Below are positions 1 through 8,674 of a stretch of DNA of 64,000 bases, in pieces (position 1 is the stretch's first letter; each line of letters opens with the position of its first letter). Made by a program: the position numbers and the translations under genes. This stretch comes from an uncultured Actinomycetota bacterium (lineage in GTDB: Bacteria > Actinomycetota > Actinomycetes > JAFAQI01), in the NCBI GenBank assembly GCA_963770565.1, contig CAVYQE010000002.1, forward strand, positions 448,001 to 512,000. The letters are read 5' to 3'. Under the pieces are notes generated by a model. The model had not been told where the DNA came from, searched no databases, and saw only the letters and a program-made list of their open reading frames with translations.

Positions 1-10
1 GCGCCGGCTG

Positions 11-883
11 GTGCTCGGATCCGAAGGCACCCTCGGCATCGTGACCGAGGTGACCCTGCGCGTGCAGGCGATCCCTGAGACCAAGCGGTACGAAGGCTGG
101 AGCGCGCGAAGCTGGGAGGACGGCGTGCGGATCATGCGCCGGATCGCGCAGGAAGGACCCAAGCCGGACATCGTGCGTTTGTCCGACCCGGAGGAGACCA
201 AGATCTCCCTCGCCTTGTCCGCGACGGCGGGATGGAAGCGACGTGGGCTCGACCAGTGGCTCCGCATGCACCACGTACGCGAGGGCTGCCTGATCATCGT
301 CGGCTTCGAGGGCTCCGCTCGCGACGTGCGCTACCGCCGGAGCGAGGTACGCCGACTGCTCCGCGCGGAGCGCGCCGTACCGCTCGGTGCGAGTGCGGGC
401 AACTCGTGGGCCCACCACCGGTTCACCGCGCCGTACCTCCGGGACACGATGCTCGACGCCGGCGTGCTCGCCGAAACCCTCGAGACCGCAACGGTCTGGT
501 CGCGCCTGCCGGAGCTGTACGAGGCGGTCCGCACCGCACTCACGAATTCGTTGCGGCACAAGGACAAACTGCCGCTGGTGGGCTGCCACATCTCGCACCT
601 GTATCCGACCGGGGCGTCGCTGTATTTCACCGTGCTCGCGCATGCCGACCCCGGTCGCGAGGTGGAGCAGTGGACGGCAGCCAAACGCGCCACGAACGAC
701 GCGATCGTCGGTGCGGGCGGCACGGTCAGTCACCACCACGCGGTCGGCACGGTTCACCGGGAGTACGTCACGACCGACCTCGGCGGCGCGGACGGCGTCG
801 GCGTGGAGGCACTGCGGGCGCTGAAGGCCTACCTCGACCCGGCCGGGATCCTCAACCCCGGAAAGCTCCTGCCGGAGCCGTGA
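11..883 (+). CDS. FAD-linked oxidase, alkyl-DHAP-synthase-like (5' part outside window)
   Basis: GSEGTLGIVTE, SHHHAVG and DPAGILNPGK motifs of the VAO/PCMH FAD-oxidase C-terminal region. Confidence 0.85.
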   Translation: MLGSEGTLGIVTEVTLRVQAIPETKRYEGWSARSWEDGVRIMRRIAQEGPKPDIVRLSDPEETKISLALSATAGWKRRGLDQWLRMHHVREGCLIIVGFEGSARDVRYRRSEVRRLLRAERAVPLGASAGNSWAHHRFTAPYLRDTMLDAGVLAETLETATVWSRLPELYEAVRTALTNSLRHKDKLPLVGCHISHLYPTGASLYFTVLAHADPGREVEQWTAAKRATNDAIVGAGGTVSHHHAVGTVHREYVTTDLGGADGVGVEALRALKAYLDPAGILNPGKLLPEP

Positions 884-898
884 TGTCGCGACGACCCG

Positions 899-1336
899 CT
901 ATGGCGTCGCGGTCGCCGTCGTACCGGTCGTGGTCGGAGTCGACGTCGGCGTCGAGGTGACGGTGACAGTCACCGTCGGCGTCGGGCTGACCGGGGGCGA
1001 GCTCACGCTCGGCGTCGGTGAGGTGGATGACGCCGACGGGGTCGGCTTGGGCCCCTTGAAGTCAGACAGGAGCGCATCCGCGGCATCGTCGATCTTCTGC
1101 GCGCGGGTCGGGGTGAGCTCACCTTTGGTCTGGAGCGAGGCGACCTCATTGCGCAGGTCGTTGACTGCCTTCGCGAGTTGACCCTTGCTCTTGCCGGTCG
1201 CTGCGGTCCGAACCGCTGCGACGTACGACGACAACGCGCTCGCCGCCTTAGCCGAGATCGGGCTGGTGGTCGTCGGCGCGCAGCCGGCCGCAGCAACGCA
1301 CGTCGCCGCCACGAGTCCGATCACGAATCGCTTCAT
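899..1336 (-). CDS. putative lipoprotein with Pro/Thr-rich tail
   Basis: MKRFVIGLVAATCVAAAGC signal/lipobox; ATGA overlap with the kinase stop codon. Confidence 0.65.
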   Translation of the reverse strand: MKRFVIGLVAATCVAAAGCAPTTTSPISAKAASALSSYVAAVRTAATGKSKGQLAKAVNDLRNEVASLQTKGELTPTRAQKIDDAADALLSDFKGPKPTPSASSTSPTPSVSSPPVSPTPTVTVTVTSTPTSTPTTTGTTATATP

Positions 1337-2463
1337 CGGCAGGTCAACCGCTCGAGTCGCTGCATGTCGGCTTGCAGTTTCGCCGACAGCCCGGGCGTCG
1401 TGGTCACACAACTGCTGCCGGTGTTGGTGTTGTTGTTGCGGTTGACCAGCACGACACCGACAACCGCCGCGGCCACGATCACGAGCACGACCGCGCAGAC
1501 GGCGAGCCAACGTCCACGGCGACTCGGCGGGGCGGCGGCGAGCGGAGCCTGGACCGGCGCCGGCTGACGGGGCATCACGGTGGTCGCCATCGGGATCGCC
1601 ATGGTCGGGGCGTCACTCGGCGGGAGCGGCATCGCGCCGGTCCGCACGTCGCCCGAGGAAATTCGCACCAGGCGGTCGACCACCTGCGCCGCGGACAGCC
1701 GTGCCGCGGGCGATCGAGCGGTCATCCCCACCAGGAGGTCGCGCCAGCCGGGGCCAAGATCGGCCGGCAGGTCCGGCGGGCGAGTCAGCCGAGCCATCGC
1801 CGCCTCGAGCGGCGGGCCGTCGTACTCACGCCGGCCGGTCAGGCACTCGAGCAGCATCAGGCCGAGAGCGTAGACGTCAGCGGGCGGCCCGACCGGCTCG
1901 CCGGAGACCTGCTCGGGCGCGAAGTAGGCCGGGGTGCCGAGCACGTCACCGGCCTGGGTGAGGTGCGCCGAGTCGACCAGCCGGGCGATCCCGAAGTCCG
2001 CGAGATGGACCCGCCCACCGCTCGAGATCAGCACGTTGGCGGGCTTCACGTCGCGGTGGACGAGGCCCTGGCCGTGGACGTAGGCAAGGGCGTCGGCGAC
2101 CGCGGTTCCGACCTCCGCGGTACGCGCCGGGGTAAGCGGGCCGAGGCGCAGCCGCTCGGACAGCGTGGAGCCCTCGACGAGCTCCATGACAAGGTACGGA
2201 TGACCGGTCTCCGGATCCGTCCCGGCGTCGAAGACCGTGACCAGGGAGGGATGGTTGAGCCGCGCCAGGGTGCGCATCTCGTCCTCGTGGCGCTGCAGCT
2301 CCTCGGCCACGTCGCCGCGGAACAGCTTGACCGCGACACCGCGTTCGAGCCGCTCGTCAACGGCCCGGTAGACCTCGGCGACGCCACCGGAACCCAGCAG
2401 CTCACCGAGCCGATACCGGCCGTCGAGAAGGCGGCCGGAGGCGTCGGTCGGGCCGTTGGTCAT
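1333..2463 (-). CDS. membrane Hanks-type Ser/Thr protein kinase
   Basis: LGSGGVAEV, VAVK, HRDVKPAN, DFG, APE motifs; C-terminal TM helix. Confidence 0.95.
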   Translation of the reverse strand: MTNGPTDASGRLLDGRYRLGELLGSGGVAEVYRAVDERLERGVAVKLFRGDVAEELQRHEDEMRTLARLNHPSLVTVFDAGTDPETGHPYLVMELVEGSTLSERLRLGPLTPARTAEVGTAVADALAYVHGQGLVHRDVKPANVLISSGGRVHLADFGIARLVDSAHLTQAGDVLGTPAYFAPEQVSGEPVGPPADVYALGLMLLECLTGRREYDGPPLEAAMARLTRPPDLPADLGPGWRDLLVGMTARSPAARLSAAQVVDRLVRISSGDVRTGAMPLPPSDAPTMAIPMATTVMPRQPAPVQAPLAAAPPSRRGRWLAVCAVVLVIVAAAVVGVVLVNRNNNTNTGSSCVTTTPGLSAKLQADMQRLERLTCR

Positions 2464-2518
2464 GGCCCCAGCATTGCGGGCGGCCAAGGCCTGAGCCAAA
2501 TCGGGGCGGGCGATCGCC

Positions 2519-2986
2519 CTAACAGGCCGGTGGAATCACGATGTACGGGAGCGGCGAGGGCGGCTCGAGGATGTCCTCTGCGTTGAGCAGCGCGCACACC
2601 CGGCGTACCGAGTTGTTGGCGCCCTCGACGACGAGGAGGCGGCCTTCCTCGCGCAGCGCATCGGCGGCGCCGAGGATGACGGCGAGCGACAGCACGTCCA
2701 TGAACGTCACGTCATCGAAGTTGAGGACGATGGTCGACGTCGGCCTGGTGCAGGCCTCGTCCAGCAGGTCGCGAAGCGCGTCAACACTTACCAAGTCGAG
2801 GTCGCCGTGCAGCATCGCCACCGTGGTGTCGCGCCGCACGTCCACCTCGCCGAGCACGGCTCGCCCTCTCGTCAGCAGTCCTGCCAACCTTGACCGTAAC
2901 GACCTGCGAGGCAATTCGTCAGCCAATTCAGGCGACTGATCGCGGCATGTCGGACGACGAACCTGGCAAACTGGCCGGGCGGCCAC
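2519..2986 (-). CDS. STAS-domain anti-sigma factor antagonist (true start probably downstream)
   Basis: LHGDLDL...IVLNFDDVTFMD STAS pattern. Confidence 0.75.
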   Translation of the reverse strand: MAARPVCQVRRPTCRDQSPELADELPRRSLRSRLAGLLTRGRAVLGEVDVRRDTTVAMLHGDLDLVSVDALRDLLDEACTRPTSTIVLNFDDVTFMDVLSLAVILGAADALREEGRLLVVEGANNSVRRVCALLNAEDILEPPSPLPYIVIPPAC

Positions 2987-3024
2987 AAGCGAGCGCGAAT
3001 TGGACAGCGCGACGGCCGAGATCC

Positions 3025-3097
3025 GCCCTCGTAGCTCAGGGGATAGAGCAACCGCCTCCTAAGCGGTAGGTCACAGGTTCAAATCCTGTCGGGGGCA
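3025..3097 (+). tRNA. tRNA-Arg(CCT), CCA not encoded
   Basis: GCCCTCG/CGGGGGC acceptor stem, TAGCTCAG-GGATAGAGC D arm, ACCGC-CT-CCT-AA-GCGGT anticodon arm, GGTTCAAATCC T loop. Confidence 0.97.
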
Positions 3098-3109
3098 CTT
3101 CGTGCCGGT
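3095..3109 (+). repeat. left 15-bp target-site duplication GCACTTCGTGCCGGT, overlapping the last 3 nt of the tRNA
   Basis: identical to 22936-22950; both copies abut the TIRs. Confidence 0.93.
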
Positions 3110-3167
3110 GGGAAGGGATGGGAAGGGCCAAAAGAAGGGCCACCCAAACGAACAACAGCCCCCGAAC
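3110..3167 (+). repeat. left terminal inverted repeat (58 bp)
   Basis: GGGAAGGGATGGGAAGGGCCAAAAGAAGGGCCACCCAAACGAACAACAGCCCCCGAAC is the exact reverse complement of 22878-22935. Confidence 0.95.
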
Positions 3168-3354
3168 ACCAGCGCCGGCAAAGGAAAAGCCAGCCACCGC
3201 CACAGCAACGACGCCACAACAGCAGCTCAGCCCACGCGTCCGAACGCGTACGACGTGCAGGCACTCGCGTTCGGGTTCTCGGCAACGGATTCGGCAGCGA
3301 GATCAGGACCGAGCGGGAGGTGCGATGACCTGCGCGAGCACGACCCGCTCATTG

Positions 3355-4530
3355 CTACATGAATTCGACAGCCGCGATTACGTCTCGGGCGGCGAACCTC
3401 CGCCCATACGCCCGGCCGGTCATCTCGGTAAGAACACCTATTTCTACGAGCCGGTCGATCACGCTCTTCGCGGTTGGTGCAGACACCCCGTATTGAGTTG
3501 AGATGAACGAGGCAGTGAGCACCGGCCAGTCGATCAGATCGGCGGCAACTCGGACGATCACACCGCTCCAGTGCCGCTCGTTCAATTGGTCTCGCACGCC
3601 TGCAAGCCATTCGATAAGGGACTGCGCGGACCGAACAAGACTCTCAGACTGTTCGCAGAGAGCTTGGCAGAAGAAGGTGACCCAAGGGTTCCAGTCCCCG
3701 GACTGACTAACCGCGAGAAGGTGCCCTTGGTACTCGTCACGACGCTTCAATAGCCAAGGCGAGATGGTGATCGCTGGCTCTGTCAGTACACCGTGCATGA
3801 GTAGCTCAAGAACAACAAGCAGCCGGCCGATACGCCCGTTGCCGTCCCCAAAGGGGTGCAGCGCCTCGAATTGGTAGTGCGCCATCGCACATCGAAGAGG
3901 AGGGGGTAGGGGGAGGTCTCGGTACAGCCAGTGCTGCCACTGGTCGAGACCGGACCGCAGACGGTCGTCTGGCGGAGGGGGGATGTAGCGCGCGTCATAG
4001 ACCGTGCAACCGCGCGGACCTATCAGCACCTGGTGCTCTCGCACCTTGCCAGGATCTCGGGGCGCCGTTCGTGACTCCCTTGCGAGAATCGCTTGCAGGT
4101 CCTCCAGGAGCCCGATTGTGATCGGTCGCCCCTCACGCATCCACGCGAAGGCTTGGTAGGCCATGCGCTCATACGCCCGAATCTCTGCAACTTCCGGCGA
4201 GGATGGCCGCGCTTGCGGAAGTCGCGCTTCGAGGACGTCGGCCAGTGCGCCATAGGTACCCTCAAGGGCCGAAGTGTCGACAGCTTCGCGCGCCAACGCG
4301 GGCGCTATGAGGATCTGAGGATTGGGTAGTGGCGTGCATGCCTGACGCAGGCCGCTGATCGCGCCCGCGGCCTGCGATACGGCGTTCCAGGTCTCGTTGC
4401 TGAGATCGACCTCGGTCGGAAGGGGATCTGGCAGGAAGGCGAAGTACGAGTATTCACGCAGGTACTCGTCGGTGCCCTGAATTGGTACCAGTTGTCCGAT
4501 TGGACTCTTCCCAAGAGCGTCGAGGTCCAT
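3355..4530 (-). CDS. Fic family protein with C-terminal HTH
   Basis: HPFGDGNGRIGR Fic motif; SALEG inhibitory-type motif; C-terminal wHTH-like segment. Confidence 0.93.
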   Translation of the reverse strand: MDLDALGKSPIGQLVPIQGTDEYLREYSYFAFLPDPLPTEVDLSNETWNAVSQAAGAISGLRQACTPLPNPQILIAPALAREAVDTSALEGTYGALADVLEARLPQARPSSPEVAEIRAYERMAYQAFAWMREGRPITIGLLEDLQAILARESRTAPRDPGKVREHQVLIGPRGCTVYDARYIPPPPDDRLRSGLDQWQHWLYRDLPLPPPLRCAMAHYQFEALHPFGDGNGRIGRLLVVLELLMHGVLTEPAITISPWLLKRRDEYQGHLLAVSQSGDWNPWVTFFCQALCEQSESLVRSAQSLIEWLAGVRDQLNERHWSGVIVRVAADLIDWPVLTASFISTQYGVSAPTAKSVIDRLVEIGVLTEMTGRAYGRRFAARDVIAAVEFM

Positions 4531-4554
4531 GATCGAAAGAGTAACGCCCAAAGT

Positions 4555-4640
4555 CCTAACATCTCTGCACAAGATGTTAGGGACCCCCTTCCAATTCCAC
4601 CGGTGGAATTTAGGGGGAGCGGCCTAACCCTTAACATCTG
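4555..4640. promoter_or_regulatory. inverted-repeat cluster upstream of fic (candidate operator)
   Basis: CCTAACATCT-N7-AGATGTTAGG (4555-4581), perfect palindrome AATTCCACCGGTGGAATT (4593-4610), third TAACATCT at 4632. Confidence 0.5.
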
Positions 4641-4914
4641 CCCCTTGCCTGTGCCCCGAATACGCCTTACGGCAGGGTGGCGCCGCGTGGCTACGCCTGC
4701 GGTCGGCGCGGCTCGTCCCGCTTGCCGTAGCCCGCTCAGCCGAGCGCACCGTCGTTGTCGAAGTACGCTGAGCAGCGCACCGCGGCCCCCTGTTTCAGCT
4801 GATCCAGACGACCACGCCAACAGCAACGAAACAGGCGACGAACACGCTGCTCCATCCGAGTGATCGAACGCGTGTGTGATTGCCAAGGGGTCAACCCCCG
4901 CTATACCTTGTAAT

Positions 4915-4965
4915 CACTGCTCCCCGCCGTCCGGACTTCGGTCCGCACTGGCGGGGCTTTATTTT
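4915..4965 (+). ncRNA. candidate small hairpin RNA convergent with the NYN gene (alternatively only a terminator)
   Basis: CCCCGCC/GGCGGGG stem enclosing CGGAC-TTCG-GTCCG, T tract, upstream TTGCCA-N18-TACCTT. Confidence 0.45.
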
Positions 4966-5561
4966 GCGTAGCGAGTGCTGTCTTTCACCTTCATGTACGT
5001 GGGCATTGTGATCCAGATGCATGGGGCGCGCCGATTGCCCGTCGCTGCGATACACCGCTTGTAGTGGTTCGGGCCGTCCCAGCCGGCTGTCATCGGCCAG
5101 GGAAACGCGCGGCCGTGCAGGTCGAAGGCTGCATCGAGTGGCGGTTTCAGGTCTGTGTCGGTAGTGAAGATCACTCCAATGTCGTACTCGTCGTTGATCG
5201 CCATCATCACGAAATCGACCGCGAGCTGTACGTCTACGCTCTTCTCGCGTGGCGCGCCACCGTCGTCGTAGTGCAGCGGCTTGAGGATGACCTCGGTGCG
5301 GGTCGGATCTGCCCTTCGCAGCGCGGCCGTGTGCTTGCGCACCGCACCGTAGCCCTTGGGGTCCTGTTCGTTGCTTGGGAGTCCGCGGTAGATACGGACC
5401 TGCTTCAACTTCGCGTCGGGGATGCGGCTCACGATGTGTTCGGCCAGCGGGATGGGTCGTATCTGACCGCATTGGGACGGTGAGTCTTCAACATGAAACG
5501 ACTCGCGAGCGCCCTTATAGACGTTCTGCCAGTCAAGGAATACGACTACGCGCTTTGACAC
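4959..5561 (-). CDS. NYN domain (PIN-like) ribonuclease
   Basis: VFLDWQN, EKSVDVQLAVD, TTDTDL acidic motifs. Confidence 0.9.
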   Translation of the reverse strand: MSKRVVVFLDWQNVYKGARESFHVEDSPSQCGQIRPIPLAEHIVSRIPDAKLKQVRIYRGLPSNEQDPKGYGAVRKHTAALRRADPTRTEVILKPLHYDDGGAPREKSVDVQLAVDFVMMAINDEYDIGVIFTTDTDLKPPLDAAFDLHGRAFPWPMTAGWDGPNHYKRCIAATGNRRAPCIWITMPTYMKVKDSTRYAK

Positions 5562-5790
5562 ACCAAGATCATCGCACTAACCGATTGGGGTGTGTGGTCA
5601 TCCACTGCGCCTCCGGCGGCAAGGTCCAGACCACCGGCGGCGCCCCGCCAGACGTTATGGCATCGGATCGCCAATTGCGCTGACAGACATAGTCATGGGC
5701 GGTAAACAGGCACCGTCACGCACCGCTACCGAAAGGACGCGCCATAGCAAAGGTCGCCCCGTTTTGTCACGTCACACATCACCGGTTTGT

Positions 5791-7383
5791 TTATGGTTGT
5801 CGCAGTTTGACAGCGGTGAGCTTGGCAAGTGCCGCCCAGTGCGATGGGTGTGGCCGGGAGTGACCGGCTCGTATGCGGCTCGCGGAGCCCTTGCTGAGAC
5901 CGGTAGCGGCGACTATTTCAGCGAGTTTCACGCTCGCGAGTCCTGCATGGATTTCCGGCCATGTTGCGGGGTCGAACGCTCCGTCGCCGCCACCGTGCTC
6001 CCACGCCTTCTGCGCTCGTTTGCTTGCCGCGATCGCTCGCCCTCGCACGCTCCGCACGTGCTCGGAGTGGGCTGGATCGTCGGCCCGGCAGGACGGGCAC
6101 CGCACGTGGCGGGGGTTGGACACAGGCGCTCCGCATCCCGGGCAGGCGTAGAGCTGGGCTGCAGGCGACGGCCGCGAACGACGCACATGAACCTGAGCTC
6201 CTTTCCTTGCTCGGCCGGCCTTGTGGGCGGACCGGCTCAACACCGTAGGCACCTGAAGCGGGTCGGGAGCGTCGGCGCCGAGGCGACGCGCGATCTCCTC
6301 GGCGATGGGACTGCACACAGCACGTAGGGCGGGGAGAAGCGCCTTGGCGTAGTCGTGTGTCAGGGGTGCCAGAAGACGTATCTCACCGTCGGGTTGTTCG
6401 GCGAAGTCGGCCTTCCGGAACCGTCGGTCGGTACTGAGCGTCCAGACGGTTTCTTCGACGATCGCGCGGAGCGGCTCCATCAGGTCGAGCGCGAACGCGG
6501 GCCGGTTCGTCCGGTCGGCGTGGGCGAGGCCCATGGCTGGGTCGAGCCCGAGCGCGAGGGAGGCGATGGTGGCTTCGATCTCGGCGAGCCGGTATCCGTA
6601 GTTGAGCAGGGAGCAGGCGGGGGTGGCAGCATGCCGGTTGCTAGGTGCCTCATTGAGCGGGCTGGTGCGGGCGCCAAAGGCGGTCCAGTGCCCCGGGATG
6701 CGGGCCTTGTCCTTGGGGAGGAAGCCGAGGCGTAGCTCGTCGGCCCAGGCGGTCCAGTAATGCTCGGCAGCGTGCATCTCGATCACCATGAGCGCGGCTT
6801 GATCGGTCGCTGTGTCGAGGCTTGCGCCGAGTTCGTCGATGGCGGCGGCGCGGTCCTCGCGGTTGATCAAGTCACGGGTGATCCGTGCCTGGTCGCCAAG
6901 CCGCCGGTGGAGAAGTGTCCGGGTGATTTGTAGCCCGGTGTCGGTGTATGCGGCGAGGGCTTGGGCGCGTCGAAGTGCGCCGTGCCCGTAAAGCTGGGGC
7001 GCGCCAATCAGCAGGGGGTTGGCGGTCGGTCCGGCGACGATGAGTGCGGTGCCGAGATTGGCGCACCAGCCAGCCGCGTCGGTGGTCACAGTCCCGTGGC
7101 CGAGGATCAGGACCCGACGCACACCCCCGGCGGCGGCTTGGGCGCGGGTGATCCAACGGGTGCGTCGGTATTCGCCGATCCCGTCGATGACCTCCAGTGC
7201 GCCTTGTTGGACGCGAACCATGACGCCGTATCCGTCTCCGATCATGACCTCGCCGATCGTGTCGTCGGTGAAAGTGCGATGGGTGTTCTCGCGTCCGTCC
7301 TCGACGTCGTCGGCGGTGATGGCCCGCGGGTCAGGCGATCTCGGCGCTGTTGGTTGTTGGTGGGTAGCGTTTCGGGTTGCCAT
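5791..7383 (-). CDS. cas1: solo Cas1 (casposase) with C-terminal Zn finger and HTH
   Basis: IEMHAAEHYW, LLNYGY, GLDPAMGLAH, LDLMEPLR Cas1 motifs with catalytic E/H/E; CPGC..CPSC; C-terminal HTH; GGAG RBS-like sequence upstream. Confidence 0.92.
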   Translation of the reverse strand: MATRNATHQQPTAPRSPDPRAITADDVEDGRENTHRTFTDDTIGEVMIGDGYGVMVRVQQGALEVIDGIGEYRRTRWITRAQAAAGGVRRVLILGHGTVTTDAAGWCANLGTALIVAGPTANPLLIGAPQLYGHGALRRAQALAAYTDTGLQITRTLLHRRLGDQARITRDLINREDRAAAIDELGASLDTATDQAALMVIEMHAAEHYWTAWADELRLGFLPKDKARIPGHWTAFGARTSPLNEAPSNRHAATPACSLLNYGYRLAEIEATIASLALGLDPAMGLAHADRTNRPAFALDLMEPLRAIVEETVWTLSTDRRFRKADFAEQPDGEIRLLAPLTHDYAKALLPALRAVCSPIAEEIARRLGADAPDPLQVPTVLSRSAHKAGRARKGAQVHVRRSRPSPAAQLYACPGCGAPVSNPRHVRCPSCRADDPAHSEHVRSVRGRAIAASKRAQKAWEHGGGDGAFDPATWPEIHAGLASVKLAEIVAATGLSKGSASRIRAGHSRPHPSHWAALAKLTAVKLRQP

Positions 7384-7448
7384 GGGAGGTCCTTTCTCCT
7401 GTGGTCAGCCCCGGCGGTGTTAGCCCACCGTCGGGGCGCTTGTCGTTG

Positions 7449-8324
7449 CTAGTGGGTGCGAGCTCCGTTCTCGCGGTGCCGTTGGTTTGTCTTGGTGGCT
7501 TCGATGGCTGCCTGCATGGTGAGAGCTCCGACGATCGCGCCGACCATCGCCGTGATGTCCGAGGGTTCAATGGCGAGGGCGTTCACGGCTGCGGCTGTCA
7601 GGTCCCGAGCCTCGTCGAGTTCGGTGCGCGACGCTTTTCGCACCCAAGCAGCCGAGACGGCGGTACCGGTCTCCATAGGTCCGGCGGTCCCGTCGATCGG
7701 CGTCGCTGTGAGTGCCGCGAGGAATGACTCCGCGAGTTCCGCTTCGGTGGCATTCAGCTCTTCGTCGTCACCGGTGAGCGTTAGATGCACCTGCGCCAGA
7801 AGCGGCTTGAGCATGGGGGCAAGCTTTTCCGCTGCAGCCCGCAACGCGAAGTCGTCAGGGACGACCTCGCCCCGGACTTGTTTGAGGGCCGCTGCTGCAA
7901 GCACAGCGACGGTGTCGGGGTCGTCATCGAGGCCAAAGGGGAGTGGTTGCTCGTCGCGGCGACGGTGTGCCCGGTCCGGACCCCGGCCGGTGGATCCGGT
8001 TGCGGCGTAGTCCGTCTCGTTGATAACCGCTTCGAGCGCCGACCGCAGTCCCTCCTCACGCACCGCTGCGCCTCGCAGCCACGCGAGCACAGCGACCCGG
8101 TGGAGCTGGCGGACTTCAGTCGCTGCACGGCGGAGCGCGACCACGAGCTCGAACGTCCCCTTCGGGTACGCCGACGTCGTGACCCCGCGTCCCCGACGGG
8201 TGACCACCGAGGAGGGAATGAGCTTCTGCTCGCGCAGGTGCTGGACCTGACTGGCGGTCGCCGGCCAGCCAGCGGCGGTCGTCTGGGCGGCAAGGTCGAG
8301 GTCCGCGCGGCTGGGAAGTCCCAC
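7449..8324 (-). CDS. hypothetical protein with N-terminal HTH-like segment, upstream of cas1
   Basis: 291-aa ORF; GWPATASQVQHLREQKLIP resembles a MerR-like HTH start. Confidence 0.6.
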   Translation of the reverse strand: MGLPSRADLDLAAQTTAAGWPATASQVQHLREQKLIPSSVVTRRGRGVTTSAYPKGTFELVVALRRAATEVRQLHRVAVLAWLRGAAVREEGLRSALEAVINETDYAATGSTGRGPDRAHRRRDEQPLPFGLDDDPDTVAVLAAAALKQVRGEVVPDDFALRAAAEKLAPMLKPLLAQVHLTLTGDDEELNATEAELAESFLAALTATPIDGTAGPMETGTAVSAAWVRKASRTELDEARDLTAAAVNALAIEPSDITAMVGAIVGALTMQAAIEATKTNQRHRENGARTH

Positions 8325-8337
8325 GCCACCACTTTAC

Positions 8338-8423
8338 GCGGCACCACGATGCGACCTACTAGCGGCACCACGAAAAGGGCGGCTGCATCGGCGCTGATCG
8401 GAAGCGGCACCATGAAAGGGGCG
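8338..8423 (+). repeat. three direct repeats GCGGCACCAYGA in the divergent intergenic region
   Basis: copies start at 8338, 8362, 8404; copies 2 and 3 extend to 19/21 identity. Confidence 0.75.
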
Positions 8424-8448
8424 CCGAAGGCTTTCGCGCTGTATCCCG

Positions 8449-8673
8449 ATGGGCCATCGTGGGTTGGTGACGACGAGCACTGTGGTGGTGGCACTGCCGC
8501 CCGATTTGGTGGCCGCGGTGGACGCGGAGGCCCGTCGTCGGTTGCTGCGTCGTGGTGAGGTCTTGGCCGCCTTCCTCCGGGACGCCTGGCCGAGTTGGGT
8601 GCAGACCCAGCTTGAACGCGACCTCGCCAGAACACCGAACGCCAATCCAGCCGTCGACGAGACGGCGGACTGA
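8449..8673 (+). CDS. small ribbon-helix-helix/CopG-like protein
   Basis: STVVVALPPDLVAAVDAEARRRLLRRGEVL pattern; first gene of a tightly packed operon. Confidence 0.55.
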   Translation: MGHRGLVTTSTVVVALPPDLVAAVDAEARRRLLRRGEVLAAFLRDAWPSWVQTQLERDLARTPNANPAVDETAD

Positions 8674-8674
8674 G

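Noticed and set aside
5561-8450. CRISPR-Cas locus around cas1
   Set aside because: No cas2, effector genes or repeat-spacer array seen; the repeats at 8338-8423 are too short, too few and unevenly spaced.
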